Both the position numbers and the translations under genes were made by a program. Shown in pieces: positions 1 through 8,390 of a DNA stretch of 64,000 bases. The notes under the pieces were generated by a model that was not told the origin of the DNA, ran no database searches, and saw only the letters and a program-made list of their open reading frames with translations. The stretch's first letter is position 1, and every line of letters begins with the position of its first letter. Origin of the DNA: an uncultured Desulfurellales bacterium (GTDB lineage Bacteria > Campylobacterota_A > Desulfurellia > Desulfurellales > CAZERD01); NCBI GenBank assembly GCA_964515405.1, contig CAZERD010000002.1:1568-65567 (forward strand), read 5' to 3'.

Positions 1-262
1 AGAATGAAACTTAAAGTAAGGGTAAAGTAACATTATGAAAAACACCACCCAGAACACCTGACCTATCAACGTATCAACCAAATGCATAACAAAAAACCTC
101 ACATACTCAAAAATTCGTTTTTTACTTTATTTAAAAACCTATTCTCTTATCCCTCAACTAGTTTTTTGTTTTCCTCTAAGGGATAAGAAGAAACCTCAAA
201 ACACTTGACAAATTATGCCAAATGGGTTTTTATTAGTCAACCTTTCATGGTGGAGGTTAAGT

Positions 263-613
263 ATGGATAGGGCAACCCTAAATGAGCTCAAAGAGAGGCT
301 CTTGGCTCTGAAAAACGATTTAAAGAATAGAATAAATGAAAACGCAAAAAGGGTTCAAATGTACGAGACCGGAGATGAAGGGGATTGCTCCAATGCCGTT
401 TCCATGAAAAATACCCTGTATGACCTGCTTGAAAGAGATAGAATGACCCTAATAGAGGTGGAAGAAGCCCTCTATAGGATTGAGAAGGGAACATACGGGA
501 TATGTGAAATGTGCGGAGAGGAAATAGAAATTGAAAGAATGAAAGCCAAACCCACGGCCAGGTATTGTATAAAGTGTCGCTCTGTTGTTGAAAGTAAAAG
601 AAGAATGGTTTAG
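263..613 (+). CDS. DksA/TraR-family C4 zinc-finger protein
   Basis: ORF 215-613. GGAGG at 253-257 favours the ATG at 263. A coiled-coil-like N-terminal part is followed by CxxC-x17-CxxC (CEMCGEE...YCIKC), typical of DksA/TraR. Confidence 0.75.
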   Translation: MDRATLNELKERLLALKNDLKNRINENAKRVQMYETGDEGDCSNAVSMKNTLYDLLERDRMTLIEVEEALYRIEKGTYGICEMCGEEIEIERMKAKPTARYCIKCRSVVESKRRMV

Positions 614-1286
614 CGTCATATTCCCTCAAAGGTGTTTCGTTTGTGGCAACCCCTCCGCAAAGATTATATGTAGGGAGTGTCTTTCTCTTTTTATACCTTA
701 CGGAGGGCCGCGGTGCAACGTATGTTCAAGACCTCTAGCCAGCAACGGTATGTGTACGGTATGTAGTACTGGTGTCGAGTATGAAGGAGGGTACAGCCTA
801 TGGAACTACAACGACAGCCATGTGAAACTCCTTATTTCCCAGATTAAATTCCACGCTAAACCGCATCTCCTAAGGATTATTCGCGAATTTTCGGAGGAAA
901 TAGCCACAAATAATATACTTAGAGATTCAAACTGCATAACATATGTACCCATGCACAGAAAGGACATAGTAAAAAGGGGCTTTAACCAAGCCATGATAAT
1001 AGCAAAGCACCTATCCAGCATATTAGGAATAAAAATCTGTTTTTCCATGCTAAGAAAAACAAAACTAACACCCCACCAGGTTGGATTAACTGTTGAAGAA
1101 AGAAGAACCAACCTAAAAGGAGCCTTTGAAATCAACAAGCTACCTACTGGGGTCAAAAAGGTTTTAGTGGTGGATGACGTATTAACAACCGGTTCCACAC
1201 TAAACGAATGCTCACGAGTGCTTAAAAGTGCAGAGGTAAAGGTGCGATTCTTCACACTAGCATCGACACCTCCCATTCAGGACTGA
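585..1286 (+). CDS. comF: ComF-family protein (zinc-ribbon + phosphoribosyltransferase domain)
   Basis: N-terminal paired CxxC motifs (CFVCG..CREC; CNVCS..CTVC) and a C-terminal PRTase motif VLVVDDVLTTGSTL. The start is TTG and uncertain. The ORF overlaps the upstream ORF by 29 nt. Confidence 0.75.
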   Translation: MLKVKEEWFSVIFPQRCFVCGNPSAKIICRECLSLFIPYGGPRCNVCSRPLASNGMCTVCSTGVEYEGGYSLWNYNDSHVKLLISQIKFHAKPHLLRIIREFSEEIATNNILRDSNCITYVPMHRKDIVKRGFNQAMIIAKHLSSILGIKICFSMLRKTKLTPHQVGLTVEERRTNLKGAFEINKLPTGVKKVLVVDDVLTTGSTLNECSRVLKSAEVKVRFFTLASTPPIQD

Positions 1287-1330
1287 GGTAAACAATGATC
1301 CACTGAATGAATTCAACAAAGGAGGAGTCA

Positions 1331-2536
1331 ATGAAGGTAAACGTATGTGATTATCTAATCGTGGGCGGAGGGATAATAGGCCTGACACTGGCAAGAAACC
1401 TAAAAAAAACCCTGCCCAGGGCAAGTATCACACTGATAGAAAAAGAACCTGATATCGCGTTGCATGCCAGCGGCAGAAACAGTGGAGTATTACACGCCGG
1501 ATTCTACTACTCGGAAGACTCACTGAAGGCACGGTTTTCACGAGAGGGTAACAGGATACTAAAAGAGTACTGCAAAAACAGGGGTCTAAAACTGAACGAA
1601 TGCGGCAAAGTCGTCGTCGCATCATCCGAGAACGAACTCGAAACTCTATACGAACTCAAAAAAAGAGGAGAGACCAACGGGGTCGAACTTGAACTCCTGG
1701 ACGAGAAAGAACTTGAAGAGTGTGAACCCAATGCCAGAACGGTTGGACATGCCTTGTGGTCACCATCAACGGCCACCATCGACCCTGTGGAGATATGCAA
1801 ATCCTTGATGAATGAAGCAAAAGCCCTAGGGGTAAACATACTGCTCAACACTCCCTACACAAAAAAGCTTGACGAACATGCTATCCTTGCAGGAAGTGAT
1901 GTGTTCACCTTTGACAGACTAATAAACGCCGCCGGACTGTACGCAGATCACATAGCTCGGGATTTCGGGTGTTCTGAGCATTATATTGTTGTCCCTTTCA
2001 AGGGGATCTACGTGGAATACACCGGAAATAAGCCGCCTGTAAGGAGAAACATCTACCCTGTTCCCAATCTTGCAAACCCATTCCTTGGTGTACACTACAC
2101 CGTGAAAGTTGACGGCACAGTAGAAATAGGACCCACAGCCATGCCAGCGTTTTGGAGGGAAAACTACAAAGCTTTCGAAAGATTCAGCCCCACAGAGACA
2201 GTCCAGATACTCACATGGGAGGCCGTGCTTTTCCTGACCAATGCCTTTGGCTTTAGAAGATTAGCGTTGGACGAAGTCAAAAAATACAGCAGAAAATACC
2301 TTATATCCCTGGCCAAAAAAATGGTGAAACATCTTGACTCTTACCACTTCAATAGATGGGGGAAACCAGGAATCAGAGCACAACTACTGAACACCAGAAC
2401 CAAAGAACTCGTTCAGGATTTCGTGGTTGAATCCACAGAGTCAAGCATACACATCCTGAACGCCGTTTCTCCGGCCTTTACGTGCAGCATAAGTTTCACA
2501 GAGTGGGTGATTAACAACTTCGTAGTTTCAAAATAA
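1331..2536 (+). CDS. lhgO: FAD-dependent L-2-hydroxyglutarate oxidase/dehydrogenase family protein
   Basis: Has the dinucleotide fold DYLIVGGGIIGLT, plus HASGRNSGVLHAGFYY, PFKGIY and FLGVHYT blocks. I recall these being collinear with E. coli LhgO/YgaF. GGAGG at 1321-1325 sits ahead of the ATG at 1331. Confidence 0.75.
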   Translation: MKVNVCDYLIVGGGIIGLTLARNLKKTLPRASITLIEKEPDIALHASGRNSGVLHAGFYYSEDSLKARFSREGNRILKEYCKNRGLKLNECGKVVVASSENELETLYELKKRGETNGVELELLDEKELEECEPNARTVGHALWSPSTATIDPVEICKSLMNEAKALGVNILLNTPYTKKLDEHAILAGSDVFTFDRLINAAGLYADHIARDFGCSEHYIVVPFKGIYVEYTGNKPPVRRNIYPVPNLANPFLGVHYTVKVDGTVEIGPTAMPAFWRENYKAFERFSPTETVQILTWEAVLFLTNAFGFRRLALDEVKKYSRKYLISLAKKMVKHLDSYHFNRWGKPGIRAQLLNTRTKELVQDFVVESTESSIHILNAVSPAFTCSISFTEWVINNFVVSK

Positions 2537-2669
2537 GAAACGTTGTTTAGAAATGATATTAGACAGTAATATTGTTTAAGTATTAAGCTTCTCAGCTAAA
2601 AAACTTGACATATAGAAAATCAAGACTTAATTAGAAGTGAGAAAATTTGTTTGTTGAGGGAGGTGTTTT

Positions 2670-3908
2670 ATGTGGGTTAAGGTAAAATGGCTGATAGCCT
2701 CAGCACTCACGAGTCTTGTTGCAGCAGCTCTAATCATCGGAGGGGCACTCGCTCCTGAGGCCATGGCAGCAAAACCTATCAACATTGCTATTATCTCTGG
2801 GACATCGGCCTTGGTGGGAAAATCCGTGGTATACGGGGCAGAACTCGCAGCAAAACAGATAAACGAAAAAGGGGGAATAAACGGGCGTCCTATAAAACTC
2901 TTTATCTATGATGACCATCTGAAATCTACAGACGCTGTTGAGGCTTTCCAGAGAGCTGTTTACAGGCATCATGTCGCTGCCGTCGTAGGTAACTGGATAA
3001 GTGAAATAGCCCTCTCTCTTGAACCTTGGGCTGCAAGATTGCACACTATCTATATTATTACAGGAGCCGCTTCCCCAAAGATAACTCGACTTGTGCATAG
3101 GGAGTACAACAGGTATAAATACGTATTTCAGCTCAAGTACAATGCCATAGAGATGGCTAAAACCGTCTGTGCGTTGGTTCACCAGGATCTTGTCAAGAAG
3201 CTTGGATACAAAACAGCATACGTAGTTAGCGAAAACGCAGCATGGACGCTCCCTCTGGACAACGAGTATCTCAAATGCTTGCCCAAGGCTGGTCTTAAGG
3301 TATACGGCCACCTGAGATTCGCACCTAATACAAACGACTTCACGCCAATATTCAGCAAGATTGAGAAGTACAAACCAGATGTGCTGATAATAGGATGGTC
3401 CCACGCAGCCCTCAAAGCAACAGTCCAATGGCATGAACAACACATACCTGCCCCACTAGTAGGTGTAAACGCTCAGGCCACAGCTTCAGATTTCTGGCAG
3501 AAGACAAATGGAGCCACGAACTGGGTAGTAACACAAGCGGAGGGCTCTCCAGCGCCTATAACACCCAAAACAATCCCGTTCGTTAAAGCTTATAAAAAGA
3601 TGTTCCATACACTCCCTGCCTATGCTGGGTATACCACATACGACGCAATATATGTTCTGAAAAATGCTATAGAAAAGTCAAAATCAACAAATCCCAATAA
3701 GCTTGTCAAAGCACTGGAAAAGACAAACTATGTAGGTGTAATGGGTCACATTGAATTCTACAGCAAGAGCGAACCGTTCACCCACGGAATAAAATGGGGT
3801 AAGGGCTACGCCACTGGCGTTATGCTACAATGGCAGAATGGCAAGCTCGTTACCATATGGCCGGCTGACGCTGCAACGGGTAAACTCAGTCTCCCAAGCA
3901 AAAAGTAG
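2670..3908 (+). CDS. ABC transporter periplasmic substrate-binding protein, branched-chain-amino-acid (LivJ/K) family
   Basis: Signal peptide ending AMA|AKP. Type-I periplasmic binding-protein pattern (ISGTSALVGKS, YDDHLKS...). First gene of a livHM(GF) operon. Strong RBS GAGGGAGG. Confidence 0.8.
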   Translation: MWVKVKWLIASALTSLVAAALIIGGALAPEAMAAKPINIAIISGTSALVGKSVVYGAELAAKQINEKGGINGRPIKLFIYDDHLKSTDAVEAFQRAVYRHHVAAVVGNWISEIALSLEPWAARLHTIYIITGAASPKITRLVHREYNRYKYVFQLKYNAIEMAKTVCALVHQDLVKKLGYKTAYVVSENAAWTLPLDNEYLKCLPKAGLKVYGHLRFAPNTNDFTPIFSKIEKYKPDVLIIGWSHAALKATVQWHEQHIPAPLVGVNAQATASDFWQKTNGATNWVVTQAEGSPAPITPKTIPFVKAYKKMFHTLPAYAGYTTYDAIYVLKNAIEKSKSTNPNKLVKALEKTNYVGVMGHIEFYSKSEPFTHGIKWGKGYATGVMLQWQNGKLVTIWPADAATGKLSLPSKK

Positions 3909-3925
3909 GGCTGAGGAACTAACCA

Positions 3926-4804
3926 ATGCATCTGTTCCTAGAGATCCTAGTTGACGGATTCATCATCAGCTCTATTTATGCTCTGGGAGCTGTAGGCTTT
4001 TCTATGATATTCGGCACCGCGGGGGTGTTAAACCTCTCCCACGGTGCTTTCCTCGTTGTCAGCGCCATGATAACCTGGTTCGTTATGGGCTATTTACACT
4101 TCCCGCTTCTGTTAGGCATAGGATGTGGTGTTCTAACATCCATTATAATTTCCTACTTGCTCTTCTTCGTGGTGGTAAACCCGATAGACAAATCCCACAA
4201 AATACCAGTTGAAGAAAAGGAAATATTCATACTAACTGCCACGCTACTGTGGTCAATGCTCATTAGGGGGATTTTAAACTTTACATTCGGTTCTTCACCA
4301 GTTGTCGTCAAACCGTTCGTTTCTGGAAAGGTTTCAGGAGTCCACCTCAATTTAACGTACAATGAGATTGTTCTTGCTGGCCTATCACTGCTCGTAATAG
4401 CACTGTTGTGGCTGTTTATAAACAAAACAAAAACAGGCAGACTAATACTGGCAGCCTCAATGACACACACAGGTCTTGCTATTATGGGCATAGAGATCAG
4501 AAAGGTGTACTTGATACTCTGGGGCGTTTATGGGCTTCTAACTGGAATAGCTGGAGTGCTTCTCGCCTCTTTCCTTGGAGTTTCAGCACCCGCTGGTCCA
4601 GACCTCACAGGTCTTGCATTCTCCATAGTGGTCCTCGGGGGATTGGGGAGCATAGGTGGTTCCTTCCTCGCATCATACATAATAGGCTACCTCGGGACAA
4701 TAACAGCATACTTGATATCCCCCAACTATACATCGCTGCCCGCATTCTTTGTTCTGGTAATAGTACTTCTTGTCAGACCAAAAGGCTTGTTCGGGAGGTT
4801 TTAG
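3926..4804 (+). CDS. livH: Branched-chain amino acid ABC transporter permease (LivH type)
   Basis: Polytopic membrane protein. The N-terminus ILVDGFIISSIYALGAVGFSMIFG..GVLNLSHGAF and the C-terminus LLVRPKGLFG are LivH hallmarks. Confidence 0.85.
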   Translation: MHLFLEILVDGFIISSIYALGAVGFSMIFGTAGVLNLSHGAFLVVSAMITWFVMGYLHFPLLLGIGCGVLTSIIISYLLFFVVVNPIDKSHKIPVEEKEIFILTATLLWSMLIRGILNFTFGSSPVVVKPFVSGKVSGVHLNLTYNEIVLAGLSLLVIALLWLFINKTKTGRLILAASMTHTGLAIMGIEIRKVYLILWGVYGLLTGIAGVLLASFLGVSAPAGPDLTGLAFSIVVLGGLGSIGGSFLASYIIGYLGTITAYLISPNYTSLPAFFVLVIVLLVRPKGLFGRF

Positions 4805-4809
4805 AATCA

Positions 4810-5724
4810 ATGAAACTCTCAAAAAAACGCCACATAATAATGGCCGTAGTAGGACTGCTGTGCCTTATGTTTCTGCCCTTTGCACTGTCATTATACATGA
4901 TAGGTGTTTTCACGCTGGCTCTGTACTTTTCTGTATTCGCCATGTCGTGGGATCTAATCTTCGGATATTCCGGAGAGGTAAACTTTGGTCCAACATTCCT
5001 CATAGGTATAGGAGCGTACACAGCAGCACTCTTTAACGTAAACACAACACTCCCTGTGCTTGCCTGTGTGGGCATAGGAACAATAGCCGCTGTAATAGCG
5101 GGGCTTCTATTCGTTGCCCCTTCGCTAAGGCTAAGGGGTCCATACTTTGGACTAATAACGCTGGTTTCTGTTCTGCTGCTCCAAGAATTTATAATAATAT
5201 TTGCCCAGTACACCGGCGGCGAGATAGGGATAACTCTGACAGGTATACTCTCCATGAGCAACATGCTCAACTACTACTATGCCCTAGGTTTTGCAGTCAT
5301 AAGCGCACTAGTATTTCTCGCTATAGCCCATTCTCCTATAGGTTTCGTCCTGCAAGCAGGTGCTCAGGACCCTATAGAGGCAGAAAGTTTAGGGTTTGGA
5401 ATGACTAAATACAAAATACTGGCGTTCGCTATCAGCGCCTTTTTTTCTGGATTAGCCGGTGCCTTGCTTGTATTCTATCTGGGAGCAGCCTCTGTCAGTG
5501 TGGTTGTATCAATCTCGGTAGTCATACAAATAATAGTAGCCGCTGTCATAGGAGGCAGAAGAACCATCGTAGGACCCATACTTGGGGCACTATTTGTTAT
5601 AGTCATGAGCCAGTGGTTACAGTCTTTAGGTGAGCTTGACTATGCTGTTCTATCTGTCATAGCTCTGTTTATTCTGTTATTGCTACCGGACGGAATAGTG
5701 GGCATCATTTTAAAGAGAGGTTAA
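4810..5724 (+). CDS. livM: Branched-chain amino acid ABC transporter permease (LivM type)
   Basis: The in-frame ATG at 4810 (MKLSKKRH...) lies just after the livH stop. Contains SWDLIFGYSGEVNFG and GGRRTIVGPILGA motifs. The longer ORF from 4408 overlaps livH out of frame. Confidence 0.85.
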   Translation: MKLSKKRHIIMAVVGLLCLMFLPFALSLYMIGVFTLALYFSVFAMSWDLIFGYSGEVNFGPTFLIGIGAYTAALFNVNTTLPVLACVGIGTIAAVIAGLLFVAPSLRLRGPYFGLITLVSVLLLQEFIIIFAQYTGGEIGITLTGILSMSNMLNYYYALGFAVISALVFLAIAHSPIGFVLQAGAQDPIEAESLGFGMTKYKILAFAISAFFSGLAGALLVFYLGAASVSVVVSISVVIQIIVAAVIGGRRTIVGPILGALFVIVMSQWLQSLGELDYAVLSVIALFILLLLPDGIVGIILKRG

Positions 5725-5726
5725 AA

Positions 5727-7202
5727 ATGGCGGTTCTGGAAGTTAGCAATCTGGTAAAACACTTTGGCGGAATAAAAGCCGTTGACAACGTTACATTTGA
5801 CGTGCGCAAAGGCGAAATCCTTGGACTTATAGGTCCAAACGGCTCAGGAAAATCCACAACGATGAACCTCATAGTGGGTGTATACAAACCCACAAGCGGC
5901 ATTATACGCTTCAACGGCAAGGAAATACAACACTGGCCCCTTCATAAAAGGGTCAAGAACGGTATTTCCATAGTATTTCAGCACTCAAGACCACTAAATA
6001 GACAAACCGTCCTTGAGAACATCAAGCTCTCCATTCTGCCAGACAGAATAAGCCTATTCTACCCAAAATACGTTGAAGAAAAAGCCTTAGAAGTAGCCAA
6101 GCTTGTAGGCCTTGAAGATGTACTCAACAGATACCCACCTTCTTTACCGTTTGGGTATGTAAGAAGAATGGAGCTCGCCAAGGCATTAGCACTAAAACCC
6201 CACTTGCTCCTCCTAGATGAACCTTTTGCCGGTCTTACACCATCCGAGGTTGGAGAATTCTCAGACTTGATACTGTCAGTGAAAGACAAAGAGCACACAA
6301 TCGTGCTTGTGGATCATAACGTTAAAGCGATATATAACCTCGTGGATAGAATGGTCGCTTTACACTTGGGTAAAAAGATCGCAGAGGGCAAACCAGAAGA
6401 CGTTGTGAATGATGAAGAGGTGCTCAGGGTATTCATAGGCAGAGGGATGGAGGACTTGAGAAAATCAGCAAGGGAGCAGAAAATATCCAGAGAGAAAAAA
6501 GGTAGAACAGTTCTGCATGTGAACATAAAATCCCTAAAATACGGAAAAGCCGAAGCCCTGAGGAACGTAGATATAGAGGTGAAAGAAGGGGAGTTCGTAT
6601 CCGTGGTTGGACTCAACGGAGCCGGGAAAAGCAGCCTGCTGAAGGCTATCGTAGGACTCGTAAGCTACAACGGGGATATAAAATGGAAGGGACAATCCAT
6701 AAAGGGCATGTCCACTGCAAAGATCATAAAGTCCGGTATCTCATTCACCCCCGAAACAAGAGAATTATTTGGATATATGACCGTTGAAGACAATCTAAGG
6801 ATCGCCGTAGAGGGCCTATCCAAGGGCGAAGTAGAGGAAAGAATGGAGGAAGTATTTGAGCTATTCCCCGTACTGAAGGAAAGGAGAAAACAGCTTGCCT
6901 ACACATTCTCCGGGGGACAACAGCAGATGTTGACCATAGCAAGGGCAATGATGCAAAGACCCTTCCTACTCATGCTAGACGAACCGACCCTAGGACTTGC
7001 CCCTGCTATTCTTGATATCGTATCCGACGCTCTCACCACACTAAGAGAAAAGAAACATCTCACAATACTGCTCGCCGAACAAAATCTCCACTTTGCCATC
7101 AAACATTCTGAAAGGCTCTATCTGTTGGAACACGGGAGCATAACGTGGGAAGGCGACCCCGCCACATTTATGGACGAAGTAGGAAAAAAATATTTGGCTT
7201 AA
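5727..7202 (+). CDS. Fused LivG-LivF ABC transporter ATP-binding protein (two ATPase cassettes)
   Basis: Two Walker A motifs (GPNGSGKST, GLNGAGKSS), two signature-like motifs (LPFGYVRRMELAKAL; FSGGQQQMLTIARAM) and two Walker B motifs (LLLLDEP; LLMLDEP). A charged linker of about 20 aa joins the two cassettes. Confidence 0.85.
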   Translation: MAVLEVSNLVKHFGGIKAVDNVTFDVRKGEILGLIGPNGSGKSTTMNLIVGVYKPTSGIIRFNGKEIQHWPLHKRVKNGISIVFQHSRPLNRQTVLENIKLSILPDRISLFYPKYVEEKALEVAKLVGLEDVLNRYPPSLPFGYVRRMELAKALALKPHLLLLDEPFAGLTPSEVGEFSDLILSVKDKEHTIVLVDHNVKAIYNLVDRMVALHLGKKIAEGKPEDVVNDEEVLRVFIGRGMEDLRKSAREQKISREKKGRTVLHVNIKSLKYGKAEALRNVDIEVKEGEFVSVVGLNGAGKSSLLKAIVGLVSYNGDIKWKGQSIKGMSTAKIIKSGISFTPETRELFGYMTVEDNLRIAVEGLSKGEVEERMEEVFELFPVLKERRKQLAYTFSGGQQQMLTIARAMMQRPFLLMLDEPTLGLAPAILDIVSDALTTLREKKHLTILLAEQNLHFAIKHSERLYLLEHGSITWEGDPATFMDEVGKKYLA

Positions 7203-7222
7203 GAGGTGCCCTCGGTACCTCT
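7202..7222. terminator. Hairpin between convergent livGF and arsR (candidate bidirectional terminator)
   Basis: AGAGGTGCC-ctc-GGTACCTCT gives a 9-bp stem with one G-U pair. It overlaps both stop codons. Confidence 0.4.
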
Positions 7223-7535
7223 ATTCCTCCTGTATTGTCGCATAGGTCCTAAGGTACTCTTCAGAAAGTTTCCTCACAGCAGACAACAGTTCCTTTATGG
7301 AGTCAGACTTCACAGAGTATCTTACAAACTGCCCTTCCTTCACAACTTTGACAAGACCAGCTTGCTTGAGAATGGAGAGATTGCTTGATATAAGAGACTG
7401 ACTCTTGTTGAACCTATGCACAATATTGTTAACGCACTTCGGCTCGTTTACCTCACTCAAATACTTTATTATCTGAAACCTAAGCGGGTTGGCAAGAGCC
7501 CTTAAAATCTCCGTTTCAATATCCAACCTGTCCAT
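7221..7535 (-). CDS. ArsR/SmtB-family transcriptional regulator
   Basis: Winged-HTH pattern ILRALANPLRFQIIKYL...VNNIV...QSLISSNLSILKQAGLV..KEGQFVRYS. ATG at 7535 is preferred over TTG at 7571. Confidence 0.8.
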   Translation of the reverse strand: MDRLDIETEILRALANPLRFQIIKYLSEVNEPKCVNNIVHRFNKSQSLISSNLSILKQAGLVKVVKEGQFVRYSVKSDSIKELLSAVRKLSEEYLRTYATIQEE

Positions 7536-7627
7536 ACATAGAATAATATTAAAATATTCCCAATTGTGCAAATCAAATTACATTGTTCCACTTGATTCCT
7601 GTCGATCCCAACTAACAGCACTACTTT

Positions 7628-8215
7628 TTACACTATCTCTATCACCTCATCGGCATGTTTCAATATTCTCTCAACCATGCCCTGAAACCTAACAGGAAAC
7701 AGTTTTTTATCCTCCTCTGAAGCATTTGGTCCCAGAACATTCCTTAAGAGGCTCTCGGGTTCCACAATTTTACCAGGACGGTAGTTAATTCCCACACTCT
7801 TGTGGGTATCAAGACGGGTAAACCTCACATCGGTATCAATAGAAACCCCATAAAACAGCAAACCTCTTCTGTTAAATCTACCCTCAGGCAAACCACCGAA
7901 GCCAAAATCTGTGGTGGCTCCAGTGACAGCAGACAACACATATCCTACAACACCTGCATTGTCTTCTGTCGGTTTCTTTCTCAGTTCCACTTTTATATTG
8001 CCCCTAACAGGATATTCATCCCCATAAAGAGCTTTAAGACCCTTCAAAGCTATAAGATATCCACCAGCTACAACCGCACAACTATGCCCAGCAATCTTAA
8101 CAAGATCAAGATAGGAGAACTCTATCACACCATCACTGTTTACACCTAGAAAACTGGCAAGCTCATCTCTAACCACGATACCATCCAGATCATCAAAGAA
8201 AGACGGATACTCCAT
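7628..8215 (-). CDS. Hypothetical protein (possible FmdE-like metal-binding fold)
   Basis: Clean 195-aa ORF with a strong RBS (GGAAAGGAGG upstream of the ATG). The only hint of family is AGHSCAVVAGGY, which resembles the HGHxCPG motif of FmdE-like domains. No family is confidently recognised. Confidence 0.5.
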   Translation of the reverse strand: MEYPSFFDDLDGIVVRDELASFLGVNSDGVIEFSYLDLVKIAGHSCAVVAGGYLIALKGLKALYGDEYPVRGNIKVELRKKPTEDNAGVVGYVLSAVTGATTDFGFGGLPEGRFNRRGLLFYGVSIDTDVRFTRLDTHKSVGINYRPGKIVEPESLLRNVLGPNASEEDKKLFPVRFQGMVERILKHADEVIEIV

Positions 8216-8289
8216 ATCTAATACCTCCTTTCCTCACTATAATTAATCTACATCTTTTTTAGCCTACTTAAAAGCCATTTACAACAAGC

Positions 8290-8317
8290 TTGACTTTTTG
8301 CATGTTTGAAATATATT
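8290..8317 (+). promoter_or_regulatory. Sigma-70-like promoter for the DIP operon
   Basis: TTGACT (8290-8295), 16-nt spacer, TATATT (8312-8317). It lies about 75 nt upstream of the ATG at 8391. Confidence 0.45.
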
Positions 8318-8390
8318 TTAAATGCAGTCTTTTCTTAGTTTACCCTTTTGATTCAAACGCTACCGCGAGAGTCCATCAGGAGAAAGGCAG

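Noticed and set aside
1-214. Possible minus-strand ORF start (MHLVDTLIGQVFWVVFFIM...) running off the left edge. Also a 10-bp inverted repeat (145-154 / 179-188) and a TTGACA at 205-210.
   Set aside because: The ORF fragment is too short and featureless to support a call. The inverted repeat has a 24-nt loop and no T-tract. The -35-like hexamer lacks a convincing -10.
2605-2633. TTGACA upstream of the liv operon, as a possible promoter
   Set aside because: The best -10 at 17-nt spacing is TAATTA, which matches the consensus at only 2 of 6 positions. That is not strong enough to list.
4408-4809. N-terminal 134 codons of the 438-aa ORF that overlap livH
   Set aside because: This stretch lies out of frame inside the well-supported livH gene and has an Arg/Ser/Trp-rich composition unlike a membrane protein. 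The LivM homology begins only at the in-frame ATG at 4810, just after the livH stop.
7206-7388. 60-aa plus-strand ORF after livGF
   Set aside because: It lies entirely antisense to the ArsR-family gene, which has a clear winged-HTH signature.
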